Assembly (NCBI GenBank): GCA_049975425.1
Contig: JBNGDI010000002.1
Span: 19,186-83,185 of the forward strand
Direction of reading: 5' to 3'
DNA: 64,000 bases
Source: Bacteroidales bacterium
Lineage (GTDB): Bacteria > Bacteroidota > Bacteroidia > Bacteroidales > VadinHA17
The position numbers and the translations under genes are program-made. How positions within the stretch are numbered: the first letter of the stretch is position 1; each line of letters begins with the position of its first letter. Of the stretch, positions 57,979 to 64,000 are shown one piece after another. A model generated the notes under the pieces. That model ran no database searches. It was not told the DNA's origin and saw only the letters and a list, made by a program, of their open reading frames with translations.

Positions 57979-60900
57979 TCAGGAGGTTTGATTTAAACCC
58001 GGCCTGAAACCGATCACCAGGATATCATCTACCTGTTCATTATCTCCTTTCCAGTGTTCAATAGTTTCGTTCAGGATCATGTGCTGTTCCTCCATAGGCA
58101 GCTTGTGTATGGTAAGCAATAGATGCCTGAAACGCCGATACATAAATTTTTTCTCGCGTGGTCCTCCGAACTGGTCAACGTAGCCGTCAGTAAACATATA
58201 GATCACATCATTGGGTTCGATGGGGATAATATGATTTCTGAATTTGTCCTTCTCGGGATCTTCGGCCAGTCCGACAGACAAACGGTCTCCTTTCAGTTCG
58301 GTAATGGTATCGTCCCGTATCAGATACACCGGATTAAAAGCCCCGGCAAACTGAAGCAAATGGTTTCTGGTATCAATGGCGCAAAAAGAGAGGTCCATGC
58401 CATCTTTCAGGGTGATTCTTTCCACTTCCTTATTGAATGCCTCTGAAATACCCTTGTTCAGCTTGTGGAGTATCTGGGCAGGTTCGATAATATTTTGCAC
58501 ATTGATAATATTTCTGATCAGTTCAAATCCGATCATCGACATCAGGGCCCCGGGTACTCCGTGACCGGTACAATCCACCGCTGCAATGAATATATGATCA
58601 CCCTTTCTGTTCACCCAGTAAAAATCACCCGAAACAATGTCTTTTGGTTTGAACAGAATAAAAGAATCGGAAAGAATCTGTTTGAACAGCATAGCTGAAG
58701 GAAGCATGGCCTCCTGAATTTTCTGGGCATAACTGATGCTGTCGGTAATATTTTTGTTCTTGATGCTGAGTTCTTCTTTTTGCCTGCTCAGCTCAATACC
58801 CGCCAGTTCTTTTTCTTTCAGGTACTGATTGGCTCTTCGCAATTCGCGCGTACGTAATCTGAAAAACATATACAGCCAGAACATACCCGTCAGGATATAA
58901 AGGGTAATGGCAGTACGCGTACGAAACACCGATGTCCTGACCACTACCTGCAGCGACTCCCCTTCCTTGTTCCACAGGTGATCACTGTTTGACCCTCTTA
59001 CCCTGAAAACATATGTTCCATACGGGAGGTTGGCATAAGTAACCTCCGGTCTGCCCTGTAATCTTATCCATTCTTCGTCGTATCCTTCCAGTTTGTATTC
59101 AAACAGGTTTTTCGATGGGTTTGTCAGATCAAGGGAAGTAAAATAAAGGGTGAATGATGTATGCCGCGGACTCAGTGTCAGTAATTCCGGAACATCCAGA
59201 ATGGTTTCCACCCACCTCCCCGAGGTAAAAAGATCCACCCGCGTGATCACTACGTCGGGAATATGGGTGTTGACATGGATGGAATCAGGGTAAAAAGAAT
59301 TAAATCCGAGTACCCCGCCGAAGAATATTTCACCCGAGGCAGAGCGGTACCCTGCTCCAAGATTGAATTCATTGCTCTGCAACCCGTCGGTGGAATCAAA
59401 ATGTTTCCATTGCCCTTCAGAAGGCTCATACATGATCAGTCCCCGGTTGGTACTCAGCCACAGGCAACCCTTTTTATCCTGTAAGACATTGTATATCAGA
59501 TCGTTTGATGTAAGATTCAAATCCTTTACCATCACAAAAGGCATGGCCTGCATATCCAGGCGGTACAATCCCAGGTGGGTGCCTGCCCAGAGCACACTGT
59601 CTCCTGAAACATTAAGGCTCAGCACCTGCACCTGATGCGAAAGGTCCATGCCTTCGGTACCCGATATGGCTATATGATCCAGCCTTGCCGACTGAAAATC
59701 AAGACGGTACAACCCCTGTCCTGTGCCGAACCATATGTTCCCTCCGTGATCCTCAGCCAGGCTGAACACATGTTCTTCCCATTCCTCTGTGCCTTCACCG
59801 GCAGGAGGAAAAATCTTCACCAGTTTTCCGCTTTTCGGAGAATACCTGAAAACTCCCCTGTCGGCCCCCATCCATATCATCCCGTTACTGTCTTCCATCA
59901 TGCTGTGGATCATCTTACCAGACATGGTTTCAATCCCATGATCCTGCACAGGAACGTTAAACGGGATAAAATTCCGGCTTTCCCGGTAAGATACTTCCAG
60001 TCCCAGGTCAGATCCCAGCCATATATTCCCGCTGCTGTCCATCCAGAGCACCCGTACGTCGTTACTCTGTATTCTCCGTCCTGATCCGGTTCCGTAATGC
60101 CTCACAATCCTGTTCTGCTTTCTGTCAATCACATCCACTCCATTTCCGTAGGAAGCCACCCATATGCGCCCTTCCGTATCTTCCAGGATGGAAGAAATAT
60201 TCAAGCCGCACATACCGGGATAACTCTGTGGAGAGCGGTTGTACTTTTTAAATTTTCCGGGTTTCATATCATATTTTGCAATCCCCCCCCGCACTGCAAA
60301 CCACAGAATCATCGATTGGTCGTATACAATATCATACACATTCATGATATCGAGCTGATTTCCCCCGTAAGATATCTGATAAAAAGGAATCGTCCGGCTC
60401 CGTGAAGCATCCACCCGGAACAAACCGTGCCGTGTTCCCACCCACATTCGACGTGCCGTATCCATACACAGTGTCAGCACGTCTGTGATTTTCTCTTTTA
60501 TTCCGATACTCTCCAGTCGCCGGTTTTCAAATATGTAGCGATACAATCCGCCGTATGTGCCGATCCAAAGAATGCTGTCTCCTTCCGGATACAGGGAAGT
60601 TACCTGACGGACCGGGCATTCCGGGATCATTTCCCATGTATTGCTTTCAGGCTTTAGAAGATATACTCCATTCCCGGCACCGATAAAAAAGCGACCATCG
60701 GAACATTCTGCCATTGCCTCCGGAACTTTTCCCTTTGTGTATACATATGCTTCAGCTGGAAGGCGGTAGGTTTCGAAATCACCGGTTCCGGGCTGGTAAC
60801 GCTGTATATGCTCGGAGGTACGCACCCATACGTATCCGCGGGGAGAAACCCTGACGGCATATACCTTTTCTCCTGCCAGGCCTTTGTTCTCCTGTTCACC

Positions 60901-61275
60901 GGGCAACAGAACGGAAAATTTACCGGTTTTTTCATGGTAAATGTTCAGGCCGTTCCGGGTACCCAGATAAAGGGTCCCTTCTTCAGAAGAAGAAAGGGAA
61001 TAGATATAGTTGCTTGAAACCGACTGGCTGTCGGCCACAGAATGCCGGTAGATTCTGAAATCATAACCGTCGTAGCGATTCAGGCCATCTTCCGTGCCCA
61101 CCCACAGAAATCCATGGTGGTCGACCTCCACGGCATTAACACGTGACTGCGATAAACCCTCGTTTACGGAAAACAGATGTAAATTCTCCGTTCCTGGTAC
61201 CTGTCCCCGGACCACCTGGCTGATCAAAAAAAATCCCAGCCGGACATACTTCAGGTAAATGCCGCTTCTTCCCAT
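57979..61275 (-). CDS. Reg_prop beta-propeller + Y_Y_Y sensor fused to a SpoIIE/PP2C phosphatase
   Basis: Repeated W.GT..GL, DGLQSNEF, YKLEGYD..W, TM, SGDFY, DCTGHG, DGMD, TDG, DDI. Confidence 0.92.
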   Translation of the reverse strand: MGRSGIYLKYVRLGFFLISQVVRGQVPGTENLHLFSVNEGLSQSRVNAVEVDHHGFLWVGTEDGLNRYDGYDFRIYRHSVADSQSVSSNYIYSLSSSEEGTLYLGTRNGLNIYHEKTGKFSVLLPGEQENKGLAGEKVYAVRVSPRGYVWVRTSEHIQRYQPGTGDFETYRLPAEAYVYTKGKVPEAMAECSDGRFFIGAGNGVYLLKPESNTWEMIPECPVRQVTSLYPEGDSILWIGTYGGLYRYIFENRRLESIGIKEKITDVLTLCMDTARRMWVGTRHGLFRVDASRSRTIPFYQISYGGNQLDIMNVYDIVYDQSMILWFAVRGGIAKYDMKPGKFKKYNRSPQSYPGMCGLNISSILEDTEGRIWVASYGNGVDVIDRKQNRIVRHYGTGSGRRIQSNDVRVLWMDSSGNIWLGSDLGLEVSYRESRNFIPFNVPVQDHGIETMSGKMIHSMMEDSNGMIWMGADRGVFRYSPKSGKLVKIFPPAGEGTEEWEEHVFSLAEDHGGNIWFGTGQGLYRLDFQSARLDHIAISGTEGMDLSHQVQVLSLNVSGDSVLWAGTHLGLYRLDMQAMPFVMVKDLNLTSNDLIYNVLQDKKGCLWLSTNRGLIMYEPSEGQWKHFDSTDGLQSNEFNLGAGYRSASGEIFFGGVLGFNSFYPDSIHVNTHIPDVVITRVDLFTSGRWVETILDVPELLTLSPRHTSFTLYFTSLDLTNPSKNLFEYKLEGYDEEWIRLQGRPEVTYANLPYGTYVFRVRGSNSDHLWNKEGESLQVVVRTSVFRTRTAITLYILTGMFWLYMFFRLRTRELRRANQYLKEKELAGIELSRQKEELSIKNKNITDSISYAQKIQEAMLPSAMLFKQILSDSFILFKPKDIVSGDFYWVNRKGDHIFIAAVDCTGHGVPGALMSMIGFELIRNIINVQNIIEPAQILHKLNKGISEAFNKEVERITLKDGMDLSFCAIDTRNHLLQFAGAFNPVYLIRDDTITELKGDRLSVGLAEDPEKDKFRNHIIPIEPNDVIYMFTDGYVDQFGGPREKKFMYRRFRHLLLTIHKLPMEEQHMILNETIEHWKGDNEQVDDILVIGFRPGLNQTS

Positions 61276-61379
61276 GGTTATGTGACGAAATTAGCATTAT
61301 TTGGGATTATTCCCAACCCATGGGGAAGTCCCTTCACCATGATTTATATCACCGAGCGGGAGAATAAAAGAGGTTCTGA

Positions 61380-62687
61380 TCAATTTTTTTCAGCCTGTTC
61401 CAGAAACCATTCAAGAGTTTGAGATGAGGGTCTTTCAATGGGAAGGCCAAAAACCCGGTCCCACACCAGCTGAGAAAGCACCCCCAGAGCCCTTGAAACA
61501 CCGAACAGCACTGTATAGAAATCGTATTCCTTTATACCGTATGCCAGCAACAGGGCCCCGGAATGAGCATCTACATTGGGCCAGGGATTTTTGATTTTCT
61601 GATAGGTTTTCAATACCTCGGGCACTACTTCATACAAACATCCCACCGCCTGGATCAGGGGATTGTTAGGCAGGTATTTCAGGGCAAATTCACGCTGCAC
61701 CAGAAACCGCGGATCGGTCTTTCTCAACACCGCATGTCCGTAGCCCGGCACCACTCTTCCGGATTCAATGGTCTTCACCACATATTCACGTATCCTTTCC
61801 TTGGAATCGCACACATAGCCTATTTCTTCTATCATTTTCTGCAACCACCTGATTACTTCCTGGTTAGCCAGTCCGTGCAGGGGGCCTGCCAGTCCGGCCA
61901 TTGCGGCCCCGAAAGCATAATAGGGATTGCTGAGTGCCGATCCCACCAGATGGGTTGTATGGGCCGACACATTCCCTCCTTCGTGGTCGGCATGTATGTA
62001 CAGATACATACGAAACAACCGTTTCACTTCTTCATTGTCGTACCCCATCATGTGTGCAAAATTACCGGCCCAGTCGAGGTAATGGTCGGCCTCTATCTGC
62101 ATATTCTGATGGTACAGCCTTCGGTAGATATAAGAAGCAATGCGAGGTAACCGGGCCACCAGATTCATCACATCTTCAAAGGCAGGTTCCCAGATGTCTT
62201 TTTTGCTGATCCCCTCACGATATGCCTTCTGAAAACGTGATTCTGTGGCCATGGCTATGATAGCTGCGCTGAATATGGTCATAGGTTTGGCTGTCAGGGG
62301 CATGGCATCGATCACATCGAAAACATGCTTGGGCACCTGTGACCGCATATTCAGTTCCCGGCTTACCATATCCACCTGTGCTTTATCGGGTAATTCACCC
62401 ATCAGCATTAAATAGAACAGTCCTTCGGGCAGAGGTTCCCCTTCAGGGTGCAGTTTGGGAAGGTTTTTGTGGAGTTCGGGAATGGAGTATCCCCTGAAAC
62501 GTATACCCTCTTCGGGGTCAAGCTTGGAGGTAAGGGTAAGTAAGCTGACCACTCCCTTCATTCCTGAAAGGACATTTCCAATGGTCACTTCACCGATGAT
62601 TTTGTCACCATGTTCCCGGGCAAGTTCTTTCACTTTGTCAGCCTGCGGCAGAGCTATCCGTGCAAATTTATCCTTTAATGATTCCAT
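61380..62687 (-). CDS. gltA: citrate synthase (eukaryotic/type I-like)
   Basis: GIRFRG, DHEGGNVSAH, GPLHGLANQE, GYGHAVLR.TDPR, WPNVDAHSG. Confidence 0.95.
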   Translation of the reverse strand: MESLKDKFARIALPQADKVKELAREHGDKIIGEVTIGNVLSGMKGVVSLLTLTSKLDPEEGIRFRGYSIPELHKNLPKLHPEGEPLPEGLFYLMLMGELPDKAQVDMVSRELNMRSQVPKHVFDVIDAMPLTAKPMTIFSAAIIAMATESRFQKAYREGISKKDIWEPAFEDVMNLVARLPRIASYIYRRLYHQNMQIEADHYLDWAGNFAHMMGYDNEEVKRLFRMYLYIHADHEGGNVSAHTTHLVGSALSNPYYAFGAAMAGLAGPLHGLANQEVIRWLQKMIEEIGYVCDSKERIREYVVKTIESGRVVPGYGHAVLRKTDPRFLVQREFALKYLPNNPLIQAVGCLYEVVPEVLKTYQKIKNPWPNVDAHSGALLLAYGIKEYDFYTVLFGVSRALGVLSQLVWDRVFGLPIERPSSQTLEWFLEQAEKN

Positions 62688-62770
62688 AAGGCAGGGAAGA
62701 TTAAACTACAGTATTACATAAAGTTACTAATGATTGATCATATTTCCTATGGTAACGGACAGTATACACC

Positions 62771-62799
62771 AAAAAAAAGGATGGCTGCCTGCCATCCTT
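62771..62799 (-). terminator. intrinsic terminator after eno
   Basis: AAGGATGGC/GCCATCCTT stem with a T8 run on the minus strand. Confidence 0.8.
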
Positions 62800-62825
62800 A
62801 CTAACAACCCGGTACTGAGAATTGT

Positions 62826-64000
<1,175 letters not shown>

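Noticed and set aside
61380-62687. Eukaryotic-type citrate synthase as a recent horizontal transfer
   Set aside because: This type is already known in Bacteroidota and Geobacter, and there is no mobile-element signal around it.

Overview
Core-chromosome segment of a Bacteroidota bacterium, probably Bacteroidales-like. Support: TAnnTTTG promoter boxes, porG-uppS-bamA-skp-skp-murI synteny, mutY-ssb-gldE-gldD, and hup-bS22-rng. It holds about 60 tightly packed, mostly housekeeping genes. I saw no rRNA, tRNA, IS, prophage or CRISPR. The most interesting region is a polyamine locus (13.0-16.05 kb): a ~350-nt structured leader with Arg-containing uORFs, then pyruvoyl-dependent arginine decarboxylase, agmatinase and a deoxyhypusine-synthase-like gene. 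It ends with an unlisted 49-aa Lys-rich ORF carrying KPGK, the loop motif modified in EF-P/aIF5A. Other candidates: a 5S rRNA loop-E mimic in the rplY (L25) 5' UTR, a PafA homologue that has lost most metal ligands, a hybrid kinase lacking ATP-binding boxes that converges on a beta-propeller/PP2C sensor, duplicated ECF-type promoter motifs, and a long hairpin ahead of rng. All family calls come from motif recognition by eye; no searches were run.
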